From Abditibacterium sp. (GTDB lineage Bacteria > Armatimonadota > Abditibacteriia > Abditibacteriales > Abditibacteriaceae), in assembly GCA_965199495.1 (NCBI GenBank), contig CBDASK010000003.1, positions 1,280,001 to 1,344,000 on the forward strand: a DNA stretch of 64,000 nucleotides. Reading direction: 5' to 3'. A program made the translations under genes and the position numbers. The notes beneath the pieces are model-generated. The model had not been told where the DNA came from and did not search any database. It was given only the letters and a program-made list of their open reading frames with translations. Shown here piece by piece: positions 9,621 through 18,871 of this stretch (the stretch's first letter is position 1; each line of letters opens with the position of its first letter).

Positions 9621-9708
9621 AGTCACTTTAAATTTTACTCCATCGGTGCGCCCGTTTCGTCAATGTTTGTGAAAGGTTGCAATCAGACTTTGCACAGACA
9701 AAAGAGTT

Positions 9709-10827
9709 TCATTCCCACAATTGCAATTGCAGCGCGGGCGTCTGCCCTTTGACACGCTCGATTTGCTGAATCAACTTTTTCATCGTCGAAGGCAACGGCA
9801 ACTCCAACGCCTCGGCGATGGGAAACCAGCGTAAATCGGGATTAATCGCGGCGTTTTCCACGTCAACGTGCCAGCATTGCAGTTCGATTTGAAATCGCGT
9901 CACGCCATGTTTGAGCGTCGCAAAATGCGAGCGCGGCTTCCAACTCACACCCAACTGCTCGCCCAATCGCGCCAACGGCGCGCCGATTTCTTCGCGATTG
10001 AGGCGGCGCGCGCGCGGCAATTCCCACATTCCACGCCACCAAACGCCTTTTTCGTCGGGCAGACGCCGCAGCAAAATTTCGCCGTTTTCGTTTCGGGCGA
10101 GGGCGCACACATCGTATAAAAGTGTCGGCGCGGGTTTCGGCGTTTTCATCGGCAACTCGTTTTGCCGATTCTCCGCGCGCGCCGCACAAAACTCGGAGAC
10201 TGGACACTCGACGCATTTCGGATTTTTCGGCGTGCAAACGAGGGCGCCCAGTTCCATCAACGCCGGATTTATTTCGCGCGGCTTCACCTCATCAACCTCG
10301 ACGATTTGCGCCGCCGCGTCCCACAATTGCGATTGCGCCGCCGACTTTTTCAAGTCGCCTTCGACTGGCAAAACGCGACTCAAAACGCGCGCGACGTTGG
10401 CATCCACAATCGGCACGCGCGCACCAAAGGCAATCGAAGCGACCGCGCCCGCCGTGTATCGCCCGACGCCCGGTAGCGCCAAAATCGCCTCGAATTCGCG
10501 CGGGAATTCGCCGTTATCTTGCTCAACAATCGCGCGCGCAGCTTTTTGTAAATTGCGCGCGCGGGCATAATAGCCCAATCCGGCCCAGTGGGCCAAAACG
10601 TCGGATTCTGGGGCGCGCGCGAGTGCAGCCACGTCGGGGAAGCGCGCGATAAATCGCTCAAAAAACGGCGCGACGGCGGCGACAGTCGTCTGTTGCAGCA
10701 TCACTTCCGAAACTAAAATGCGATACGGATCGCCGATAATATCGGCGCGGCGCCACGGCAAATCGCGTTGCGCGGCGTTGAACCAATTCGATAAAGCGCG
10801 CGCGAAAGGTTGAGGAGAAAATAACAC
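9709..10827 (-). CDS. mutY: A/G-specific adenine glycosylase
   Basis: RDLPWR, SEVMLQQT, LPGVGRYTA and CTPKNPKCVECPVSEFC (4Fe-4S); probable GTG start at 10827. Confidence 0.95.
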   Translation of the reverse strand: MLFSPQPFARALSNWFNAAQRDLPWRRADIIGDPYRILVSEVMLQQTTVAAVAPFFERFIARFPDVAALARAPESDVLAHWAGLGYYARARNLQKAARAIVEQDNGEFPREFEAILALPGVGRYTAGAVASIAFGARVPIVDANVARVLSRVLPVEGDLKKSAAQSQLWDAAAQIVEVDEVKPREINPALMELGALVCTPKNPKCVECPVSEFCAARAENRQNELPMKTPKPAPTLLYDVCALARNENGEILLRRLPDEKGVWWRGMWELPRARRLNREEIGAPLARLGEQLGVSWKPRSHFATLKHGVTRFQIELQCWHVDVENAAINPDLRWFPIAEALELPLPSTMKKLIQQIERVKGQTPALQLQLWE

Positions 10828-10837
10828 GAAATGGAGC

Positions 10838-11587
10838 TTAGCGACGCGGAAATTTCGCGCCACCCCGCAGTCCCAGTTTAGCGGCGCGAAACGCCAGCCC
10901 GGTCGCCAGACAGCCGAAACCATATTTCACGCTGCGCGAAAAGTTGATGCTGGAGGCTTCGGGAAAATACTTGGTCGGGCACGAAACTTCGCCGATGCGA
11001 AAACCCTGCCACACGATTTGCGCGAGCATCTGGTTATCGAACACGAAATCGTCCGAGTTGTAGCGAAACGGCACATTTTCCAAAACGCGGCGCGAAAAGG
11101 CGCGATAGCCGGTGTGATATTCGGAAATTTTGGCGCCGAGCAACACGTTTTCGGCGAAGGTCAAACCGCGATTGGCGACGTATTTCCAACCGGGCATCCC
11201 GCCCGTCAAGGCGCCGCCGCCCAAGATGCGCGAACCCAAAACGCAATCGTATAAATCGTGGCCGATCAGCGAAATCATCGCGGGCAACAGTAACGGCGTA
11301 TATTGATAATCGGGATGCACCATCACGATAATATCGGCCCCGCTTTCCAGCGCCAGCGCGTAACAGGTTTTCTGGTTGGCGCCATAGCCGCCGTTGCGCG
11401 CGTGAACGTGCAAGCGCACGCCCGGCAAACTCGCGGCGATGCGCGCGGTCTCGTCGCGCGAGGCGTCGTCCACCAAAATAACCTCATCCACGAAATCCTG
11501 CGCCACGACTTCTTCGTAAGTCTGTTGCAACGTTGCGGCAGCATTGTAGGCGGGCATCACCACGACGACTTTTTGATTTTCAAACAT
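10838..11587 (-). CDS. GT2 glycosyltransferase (polyprenol-phosphate sugar synthase-like)
   Basis: VVMPAYN, VDDAS, HPDYQY and GSR motifs. Confidence 0.9.
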   Translation of the reverse strand: MFENQKVVVVMPAYNAAATLQQTYEEVVAQDFVDEVILVDDASRDETARIAASLPGVRLHVHARNGGYGANQKTCYALALESGADIIVMVHPDYQYTPLLLPAMISLIGHDLYDCVLGSRILGGGALTGGMPGWKYVANRGLTFAENVLLGAKISEYHTGYRAFSRRVLENVPFRYNSDDFVFDNQMLAQIVWQGFRIGEVSCPTKYFPEASSINFSRSVKYGFGCLATGLAFRAAKLGLRGGAKFPRR

Positions 11588-11596
11588 AAATAAAAA

Positions 11597-12964
11597 TTAT
11601 TTGGGGCCGTAAGTCGGATTCAAAAACGCTGTAATCCAGTAGAGCGATACGAGGTTCAGCAGCAACAAACCGCCCAGCCAAACGGCGGAGAAAATTTGAA
11701 AAGCGCGTTTTCCCGGCACGATTTGGACAAAGCCGCGCGCCAGCCACAACGCCAAACCGATGAACGCGGGCAGCAGATAGCGTCCGCCCTCCGACCAGCC
11801 CTGATGCAGCGAAAGCGCGACCTGCAAAATCGTCAGCCACACCAGCACAAACGCGCCATAACACGCCCACTTCGCCGCGCGCGCCGCGACAATTGTTTCG
11901 GCGGTGGCTGTTTCGCCGGTGGCTGTTTCGCCGGGCGCCGTTTTGGCGGTTGCACGCGCTTTGAAATGTCCGATCAGAGCGAGCGCGCAAAACGCGGCCA
12001 AGGCGCAGTAGATGAGCAATTGCGGCGTTTCGTATTCGCCAATCGCGCGCGTCTGGCGTTGCAAAAGCCAATCGCGCTGCGACCAGAGCGTGTTGAATAG
12101 GGCGACGTTGACTCTGACAAAGAGCGCGGGAAAATCGGGGTGCAGCAGCAATTCCAGCCCGTGCAAAGGCGGAGTAAACCACGGCGCGGCGGGCGGGAGC
12201 GGCGTCCATGTCCCGTAGAGTTTCAGGCTGCGCAGGTGCCACGGCGAAACCAACAGCGCGCCGCTAAACAGCGTGAGCAACGCGGCTTTCCAACTCGCGA
12301 AACTGCGGATTTCGTGGCGCGCCCACAGCACAATCAGCAGCGCGCCGCCGCCGCATAAAAGCACGGTGGCTTTGCACAAACCGCCCAATCCCAGCACGAT
12401 TCCCAAAATTAACGCGCTTTTCCAATCGCGCCGATGAGCAAAGCGCACCGTTAGCAAATAGAGAAACAGCGAGGTGAAAAAGAGCGCGGCGCCATCGTTG
12501 TTGATGATGCCCGCCGTCATGCCGAAAATCGGCAGAAACGCGACGGTTCCCACCGCCAGACGCGCGACGTTGCGCTGGCGCGTGGCGACGAGCGCGACTT
12601 CGTAGAGCAACGGCAACGCGGCCAGACAAAACAGGCTGGAAACCGCGCGCACGCCATGCCACGCCAACGCGTCGGGGAGCGCGCGCAACAACGCGTAAAA
12701 CGGCAGCAGAATCAGATAATAAAGCGGCGGATGAAACGCGTGGGCGCCCGCCGTTTCGCGATAATGAAGCGGATCGGCGTTCTCGATCACCGGCAGTTGA
12801 TGTTTATCGAGCAGCAACTTGACGTAGTTGATATGGCGCATTTCATCCGGCCCATATCCAATAAGAATCGCGGCATTGTAAGCCAGCGCCAGCGCGCAAG
12901 CAACGCCCAGAATCCACCAGAAAACGCGGTCGCGGCGCCAGTTGCCGTGCGAAGTAATCTCCAT
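11597..12964 (-). CDS. Polytopic GT-C type (ArnT/PMT-like) membrane glycosyltransferase
   Basis: GPDEMRH, HPPLYY, INND and GRYLLP motifs; many TM segments; adjacent to a GT2 gene. Confidence 0.75.
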   Translation of the reverse strand: MEITSHGNWRRDRVFWWILGVACALALAYNAAILIGYGPDEMRHINYVKLLLDKHQLPVIENADPLHYRETAGAHAFHPPLYYLILLPFYALLRALPDALAWHGVRAVSSLFCLAALPLLYEVALVATRQRNVARLAVGTVAFLPIFGMTAGIINNDGAALFFTSLFLYLLTVRFAHRRDWKSALILGIVLGLGGLCKATVLLCGGGALLIVLWARHEIRSFASWKAALLTLFSGALLVSPWHLRSLKLYGTWTPLPPAAPWFTPPLHGLELLLHPDFPALFVRVNVALFNTLWSQRDWLLQRQTRAIGEYETPQLLIYCALAAFCALALIGHFKARATAKTAPGETATGETATAETIVAARAAKWACYGAFVLVWLTILQVALSLHQGWSEGGRYLLPAFIGLALWLARGFVQIVPGKRAFQIFSAVWLGGLLLLNLVSLYWITAFLNPTYGPK

Positions 12965-13020
12965 AACCCAGAATAAAAGCGGCGCGCGCCTTTACCAGCC
13001 ACGCCGCCCTCAGCCTGAGT

Positions 13021-13803
13021 TTACGAATTCACCACGCCCTCGACCGGGCTGCTCGCGCTGCCATACAATTTCTTCGGCATGCGCCCGGCTTCGTAGGCCA
13101 AACGCCCGGCTTCGACCGCGCTTTTCATGGCGACGGCCATCTTCTGCGGATTGCGGGCGCCGTAAACCGCCGTTTGCAGCAGCACGCCGTCCATGCCCAA
13201 CTCCATCGCGAAAGCCGCCTCGGATGCCGTCCCAACTCCGGCGTCCACAATAACGGGACACCCAATTTTTTCGCGGATAATCTGCAAATTGGTCGGGTTG
13301 CGAATGCCCAAACCCGAACCAATCGGCGCAGCGAGGGGCATCACGGCGGCGCAACCCATCTGTTCGAGTTTCTGGCACACGATCAAATCGTCGGAGCAAT
13401 AGGGCAAAACCGTGAAGCCGTCTTCGATCAAGATTTTGGCGGCTTCGAGCGTCATTTCGTTGTCGGGAAACAGCGTGTCGGCGTCGCCAATGACTTCAAG
13501 TTTGACCCAGTTGGTATCCAACAATTCGCGGCCCAATTGCGCGGTCAAAATCGCGTCTTTGACGTTGTAACACATCGCGGTATTGGGCAAAACGCGCACG
13601 TTTTTCAGATAATCAATCAAGTTTTGGCCGCTACTTTCATTGAGCGGCACGCGCCGAATCGCGCAGGTCACCAAGTCGGTGCCCGAAAGTTCGATGCACT
13701 CTTTCATCAAGTCAAACGACACGTTTTTGCCGGTGCCAAAGAGCAGGCGCGAACCGAGTTCTTCGCCCGCGATTGTCAATTTAGGATTCATAATTTCGCC
13801 CAT
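13021..13803 (-). CDS. thiG: Thiazole synthase
   Basis: SRLLFGTGK, WVKLEVIGD, MPLAAPIGSGLGI and VDAGVG motifs. Confidence 0.97.
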   Translation of the reverse strand: MGEIMNPKLTIAGEELGSRLLFGTGKNVSFDLMKECIELSGTDLVTCAIRRVPLNESSGQNLIDYLKNVRVLPNTAMCYNVKDAILTAQLGRELLDTNWVKLEVIGDADTLFPDNEMTLEAAKILIEDGFTVLPYCSDDLIVCQKLEQMGCAAVMPLAAPIGSGLGIRNPTNLQIIREKIGCPVIVDAGVGTASEAAFAMELGMDGVLLQTAVYGARNPQKMAVAMKSAVEAGRLAYEAGRMPKKLYGSASSPVEGVVNS

Positions 13804-13812
13804 TGCAGACGC

Positions 13813-14010
13813 TCAACCGCCCTGCACGGCGCGGATTATTTCGACAACATCGCCTTCATTTAACGCGTGCGCCGCATGATTGGCGCGCCGCACCACGCTT
13901 TGGTTGACAGCCACGGCCAGACCAACCGGCTCAAATTGGAGTTCGCGCAACAATTGCGCGACGGTTGTGGCAGTGGTTTCGCGAGGTTCGCCGTTAAGTG
14001 TGATTTTCAT
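13813..14010 (-). CDS. thiS: Sulfur carrier protein
   Basis: MKITLNGE...AVAVN...EIIRAVQGG; C-terminal GG. Confidence 0.93.
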   Translation of the reverse strand: MKITLNGEPRETTATTVAQLLRELQFEPVGLAVAVNQSVVRRANHAAHALNEGDVVEIIRAVQGG

Positions 14011-14019
14011 TTCAATCCC

Positions 14020-14114
14020 GTAGAGACACCGACTTGTCGTGTCTAAAAAAGTTGAGCTTGCTTTAACGTTTCGGAAAACACGACGTTTTAGACACGACAA
14101 GTCGGTGTCTCTAC
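14020..14114. repeat. GTAG-type REP doublet overlapping the thiO 3' end
   Basis: GTAGAGACACCGACTTGTCGTGTCTA ... TAGACACGACAAGTCGGTGTCTCTAC; perfect inverted arms. Confidence 0.87.
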
Positions 14115-15185
14115 GAATCGTTCTAATTCAAACGTCTCCAACACCGCTTCGCCGCGCAACACCGCGCCAACAACCAACTCCGCCGTGCGCGGCGCCAGCA
14201 AAATGCCGTTGCGCCCGTGTCCCGTCGCGTAACTCAAATTTTCGATTGGCCCGCGTCCCAAAATCGGCAAACCATCCGATGAAACCGGACGCAAACCCGA
14301 CCAACTCGTTTCGAGCGGCATCTCGGTGACAACCGGCGCCAACGCGCGCGCCGCTTCCAACAACTGCGCCGTGTTTTCGGGCGTCACGCGCTTTTCAAAT
14401 CCGATTTCTTCAACTGTCGCGCCCACGAGCAAACGCCCGTCGCGTCGCGGAATCAGATAACAATGCGCGCCATAAACGATATGATTCAGCAAATGTCCGC
14501 CGCGCAGTTGCAACATCTGCCCGGCGACGGGACGCACCGGCGGCGTGGCTGCATCGGGCAAACCAAAACGTTGTCCGCTCCATGCGCCCGCGCTCAAAAC
14601 GATGTGTTCGATTTCAATTCGCACATCGGCGGTAACTACAGCCACGGTGCGGTCGTTCTCGATTTCGATGCGACGAACCGGCGTATTCTGGTGAATTTCA
14701 ACGCCCGCCATTTCGCACGCCAAACGCAACGCGCGCGTCAAAAGGCGCGGCTCGACTTGTCCATCGCGCTCGAACCAAAAGGCTTCACGTCCGTTCCAAA
14801 AAACAGAATTTGAACCGCTAATTTCTTCGTCGGGAACCATCAAAATTCCCGGTTCGCGCCAATCGCAGGTCGGACTACCGATTTGACAAAGCTCGACATC
14901 AACGCCAGTTAGTTCCAATAATTCGGCGGCGAAAGCGGGATATAAATCGCGCGATTGCACGCATAACTCGAACATCGCATCGCGCATCGCGCGCGTGCCA
15001 CCGAATTGATGAATCGCGGCTTCGGGGCCGGGCGCCAGCATTCCACCCGCCGCCCACGACGCTTCGCCGCCAATTACACCGCGCTCAAACACAGCCACGC
15101 GCGCGCCTCTTTGTGCCAGACGCCACGCGCACGCAAGTCCAATCGCGCCGCCGCCAACTATCGCCACATCGGGCCGATTTCCCAT
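14088..15185 (-). CDS. thiO: Glycine oxidase
   Basis: GGGAIG FAD motif, ASWAAGGML and GHGRNGILLAP; lies upstream of thiS-thiG. Confidence 0.9.
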   Translation of the reverse strand: MGNRPDVAIVGGGAIGLACAWRLAQRGARVAVFERGVIGGEASWAAGGMLAPGPEAAIHQFGGTRAMRDAMFELCVQSRDLYPAFAAELLELTGVDVELCQIGSPTCDWREPGILMVPDEEISGSNSVFWNGREAFWFERDGQVEPRLLTRALRLACEMAGVEIHQNTPVRRIEIENDRTVAVVTADVRIEIEHIVLSAGAWSGQRFGLPDAATPPVRPVAGQMLQLRGGHLLNHIVYGAHCYLIPRRDGRLLVGATVEEIGFEKRVTPENTAQLLEAARALAPVVTEMPLETSWSGLRPVSSDGLPILGRGPIENLSYATGHGRNGILLAPRTAELVVGAVLRGEAVLETFELERFVETPTCRV

Positions 15186-15279
15186 AAAAACAGTGTAGAC
15201 GGCAGGATGCGCCTTACGGCAATCAATTCTTCAAAACTTTATTGATTTGCAATTGATTTTCAGTCATAATTGTTTTACT

Positions 15280-15957
15280 ATGATATATTTCGTTCAAAAA
15301 TCCTTTTCTATCCAGCAAAAAAGAAGAGGATTTACCCTTGTCGAAATTTTGGTGGTGTTGGCGATAATAATGTCACTCGCAGCATTGCTCTTCCCCGTTT
15401 TCGCGCGGGTGCGCGAGAATGGACGCAAAGCCTCTTGCCAGAGCAACCTCAAACAATTGGCTTTGTCCGTGCAAGAATATGTTGCCGATCATGGACATCG
15501 TTATCCCAGCATAAATGGCTTCAGAGAGGCTTTGTCACCTTACGTCAAAAGCGAAGAAATCTATTATTGTCCGTCGCAAAAACAGCATCGCCCCGATAAA
15601 GATACTTATCAATATAACTCTTTCCGCTTGAATCGGGCGATTGCCAATCCGGAACCTTTTCCAAGTATTCCCACGACTCTGATCGGGCGCAACGAAACCT
15701 CTGTGCCCGAAGTCACAACGATTTGGCTGCAATCGGATATGGGTCACGATTGGAATGATAATGATGGTTTTGTTGCAGTGCGTTCTTCCTGCACCGACGA
15801 AATCGGCAGAATAGGGATATTGGGAGTGAATCTGCATTCTGGTGGCGGAAACTACTCCTTTTTGGATGGGCACGTCAAGTGGCTTACACCGCAAGCTCTG
15901 GGTGAAACCGAATGTAGAAATCCGGTTTATGACCCCAACAACGCTCCCGCCGATTAA
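15280..15957 (+). CDS. Prepilin-type N-terminal cleavage/methylation (DUF1559) protein with C-terminal H-X9-DG motif
   Basis: RRGFTLVEILVV, FPVFARVRENGRKASCQSNLKQL and HSGGGNYSFLDGHVKW. Confidence 0.88.
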   Translation: MIYFVQKSFSIQQKRRGFTLVEILVVLAIIMSLAALLFPVFARVRENGRKASCQSNLKQLALSVQEYVADHGHRYPSINGFREALSPYVKSEEIYYCPSQKQHRPDKDTYQYNSFRLNRAIANPEPFPSIPTTLIGRNETSVPEVTTIWLQSDMGHDWNDNDGFVAVRSSCTDEIGRIGILGVNLHSGGGNYSFLDGHVKWLTPQALGETECRNPVYDPNNAPAD

Positions 15958-15990
15958 TTCAACTGGACTCCATTCAACCGCAAAGGCTTA

Positions 15991-18717
15991 TTATCCCGTC
16001 GTGCGCAAACCGCTCGCAATTGCGTTAATTGATAGTAACAATTCCGGCAGCATCGCTTCGGCGGCGGCATCTTCGCCCGCTTCGTGCAATGCGCGCCATT
16101 TCTTGATGAGTTCGATTTGCTGCTCGTGCAAAACGTGAAGCGCGTGCGCGCGCACTTCCAGAGTTTTCATCATGCGCGGTCGGCGTGTCGCCATCGTGCC
16201 GCCCCAGATCAGTTCGAGGGCTTGCGCAGTTTTGTCCCACTCGGCGCAGATCAGGCCAAAGATGCGGTCGCGCGTCGTTTTGTCCTCGACCAAATCGGCG
16301 TATTGCGCCATCAAAGCGCGGTCGGTTGAGGCCAAATTGCTTTCGACATTAGTCAAAACATAACGCAAAAATTTCCACTGTTTGACGCCCGCCGCGAAAA
16401 GGTCGAAATCGGCGGGCGCATTTTCGCGCAGTTCCATCAAACCACTGCCGATGCCATACCAACCGGGCAAATAAAAGCGGCTCTGATTCCACGAGAAAAC
16501 CCACGGAATCGCACGCAAATCGTCCAAAGTCGCCTGGCCAGTGCGGCGCGCCGGGCGGCTGCCGATGCGCGATTGTTCCAAAACATCAATCGGCGTGGCT
16601 TGGCGAAAGAACGGGATGAAATCTTCGCTCGTCAGCAATTTTCGATAGGCCGCGCCCGACAATTTCGCCATTTCCGACGCGATTTCGTCCAGGCCGAAAT
16701 CGGGTTTTTCGCGCCGTTGATGCCGCAACGTATTGGACGTGACGCCCGCCAACAAAAGTTCGAGATTGTAAGTCGCCGTCGCGCGGTTGCCGAACTTTTG
16801 CGCGATAGTTTCGCCCTGCTCAGTCAATCTTACATCGCCCGAAAGTGAGCCGTGCGGCAACGCTTCCAAAAAGCGATGCGTCGGCCCGGCGCCGCGCGAA
16901 ATCGTGCCGCCGCGTCCGTGGAAAAAGCGGATTTTAACGCCGGTTTCGCGCCCGACTTGCGCCATCGCGCTCTGCCCGCTTTGCAGCGCCCACTGCGAGG
17001 CGAAGATGCCCCTGTCTTTGTTGGAATCCGAATATCCGACCATAATTTGCTGCGTCGGCGGATAGGCGCCCGCCTGTTTTTGCAGCGACAAGCGCGCCAC
17101 CGGATGCTCCAGCCACGCCCGCAGAATGCGCGGCGAATTTTGCAAATCTTCGACGGTCTCAAAGAGCGGCACGACCGGGAGGGCGCACACCAAACCTTCG
17201 CCGGTCATGCGCGTCAAACCAGCCTCGCGCGCCAAGACGAAAACGACCAGTAAATCCGAGAGCGAACGCGTCATCGAAACGATGAGCGAGCCGATGCCCG
17301 CGCCGTATTTGTCTATGTGCGCCGCCAAAACATGATAGCATTCCAAGACCGCCGCCGCCTCGCCTTCGACGCGCGCGCCGGGATGCAGAAATGGGCGCGG
17401 CGAACGCAATTCCTCGTTCAAAAACCGCAAGCGATCCGCTTCGCTCCAATCGCCGAAATCTTCGCCATCCAAGCCCGCCGCGACCATCAGTTGCGACAAC
17501 GCTTTATCGTGCCACGCCGAATTTTGCCGAATATCGAGGCTCGCCAGATGAAAGCCGAAGCAATCGAGCGCACGCTCAATTGGCCCGACATCGCTGACCG
17601 CCAGACGGTGAGCGCCGACCCATTCGAGCGCGCTTTTCAAAACGTTTAAATCACTTTGCAACTGTTCGGGAACGCGATAAAACGCGCTTTCATCCAGCAA
17701 ATACGGCTGGTCGGCGCGCGAATCAATCGGCAATTTGGCGATCATCAAACGCGTGAACTGGCGCCACGGTTCTTCCTCGTCTTCGCTTAAAATCGGCGCC
17801 GCGCGTTCGCCCAATTCGGCAGCCAAACGCGCGATATTTTCGCCCAAAAACGCGGGCGGAGTTTGTCCGTAAACCGACAAACTCATCTTTTGCGCCAACC
17901 GTTCTAATCTACGTTCCAAAACCACGAGCGCGTTCAAACGCAGTTCGGCCAATGTATTTTGCGTGACCTGCGCCGTGACGAGAGCGTGTCCGTCTCGGTC
18001 ACCGCCGACCCAGGTGCCAAAGCGCAGACGCGGCATTTTCAGTTCGTCCAAATTCCAACCCGCCGCCTTCCACGCCGCGCGCAATCGGTCGTCCAAACGC
18101 ACCAGCGCATCGGGAAAGATTTCGCGCAGATAATGTTCGATTTGATGGCGTTCGTCGGCGACTTCGGGTTTGGCGAGCAAAATTTCGCCGGTGCGCCACA
18201 AACGCTCCAAAATCGCTTTGACGCGGCGCCGAATTTCATCGTGTTCGGCGGGCGTCAGATTCGGATTTTCGCGCTCGCCCAGCGCGCGAAACAAATCGCG
18301 ATGTTGCTCCAAAACCGTCAAGCGTTTGGCCTCGGTCGGATGTGCCGTCAAAACCGGTTCGACGCGAATCACCGGCAAAAAATCGGCGATTTCGCCCGAC
18401 GAAAAACCGTCGGCTGCCAACTTTTGCAGTGTTTCGCCCCATAAACCGCGCTCGGCGGCCATGCCATCTTCCGATTCGCGCTTACGTCGTGTTTGCGCGG
18501 CGGCATTTTCCTCGACCAAATTGAGCAACTGAAACGCGACCGAAAACGCCTGCCCCAAACGCGGCGGCGATGTGTCGGGCGCGGGCACATCGTCCCACGG
18601 CAAAGCGGCAGCGAGTTCGGGTTGGCCGAGGTCTTCCAAAACCTCGCGGAAACAGATTATGAGGAATTCGAGGTCGGAATCAATTTTGGAAAAAGCGTAA
18701 TCGGTGAAGTCGGACAT
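15991..18717 (-). CDS. ppc: Phosphoenolpyruvate carboxylase
   Basis: VLTAHPTE, WVGGDRDG, MVGYSDSNKD, FHGRGGTISRG, RAIPWVFSWNQSR and C-terminal GLRTTG. Confidence 0.97.
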   Translation of the reverse strand: MSDFTDYAFSKIDSDLEFLIICFREVLEDLGQPELAAALPWDDVPAPDTSPPRLGQAFSVAFQLLNLVEENAAAQTRRKRESEDGMAAERGLWGETLQKLAADGFSSGEIADFLPVIRVEPVLTAHPTEAKRLTVLEQHRDLFRALGERENPNLTPAEHDEIRRRVKAILERLWRTGEILLAKPEVADERHQIEHYLREIFPDALVRLDDRLRAAWKAAGWNLDELKMPRLRFGTWVGGDRDGHALVTAQVTQNTLAELRLNALVVLERRLERLAQKMSLSVYGQTPPAFLGENIARLAAELGERAAPILSEDEEEPWRQFTRLMIAKLPIDSRADQPYLLDESAFYRVPEQLQSDLNVLKSALEWVGAHRLAVSDVGPIERALDCFGFHLASLDIRQNSAWHDKALSQLMVAAGLDGEDFGDWSEADRLRFLNEELRSPRPFLHPGARVEGEAAAVLECYHVLAAHIDKYGAGIGSLIVSMTRSLSDLLVVFVLAREAGLTRMTGEGLVCALPVVPLFETVEDLQNSPRILRAWLEHPVARLSLQKQAGAYPPTQQIMVGYSDSNKDRGIFASQWALQSGQSAMAQVGRETGVKIRFFHGRGGTISRGAGPTHRFLEALPHGSLSGDVRLTEQGETIAQKFGNRATATYNLELLLAGVTSNTLRHQRREKPDFGLDEIASEMAKLSGAAYRKLLTSEDFIPFFRQATPIDVLEQSRIGSRPARRTGQATLDDLRAIPWVFSWNQSRFYLPGWYGIGSGLMELRENAPADFDLFAAGVKQWKFLRYVLTNVESNLASTDRALMAQYADLVEDKTTRDRIFGLICAEWDKTAQALELIWGGTMATRRPRMMKTLEVRAHALHVLHEQQIELIKKWRALHEAGEDAAAEAMLPELLLSINAIASGLRTTG

Positions 18718-18871
18718 AAGTGCGCGGCGCCGTGGCTGCTGTCATTGGGCCAATGCTAAATATATCACGCCTCGTGCCGCGAAGAATTACGAGAATGTTT
18801 CGCCGCGCCCAAAGACAAAAATTGGCGGATGTAACTTGCCCGAAGAAAGATTGTCGCACACAAGCGAATTT

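Noticed and set aside
15186..15280. TPP riboswitch expected upstream of thiO-thiS-thiG
   Set aside because: No CTGAGA or other TPP aptamer core was seen in the short AT-rich divergent gap.
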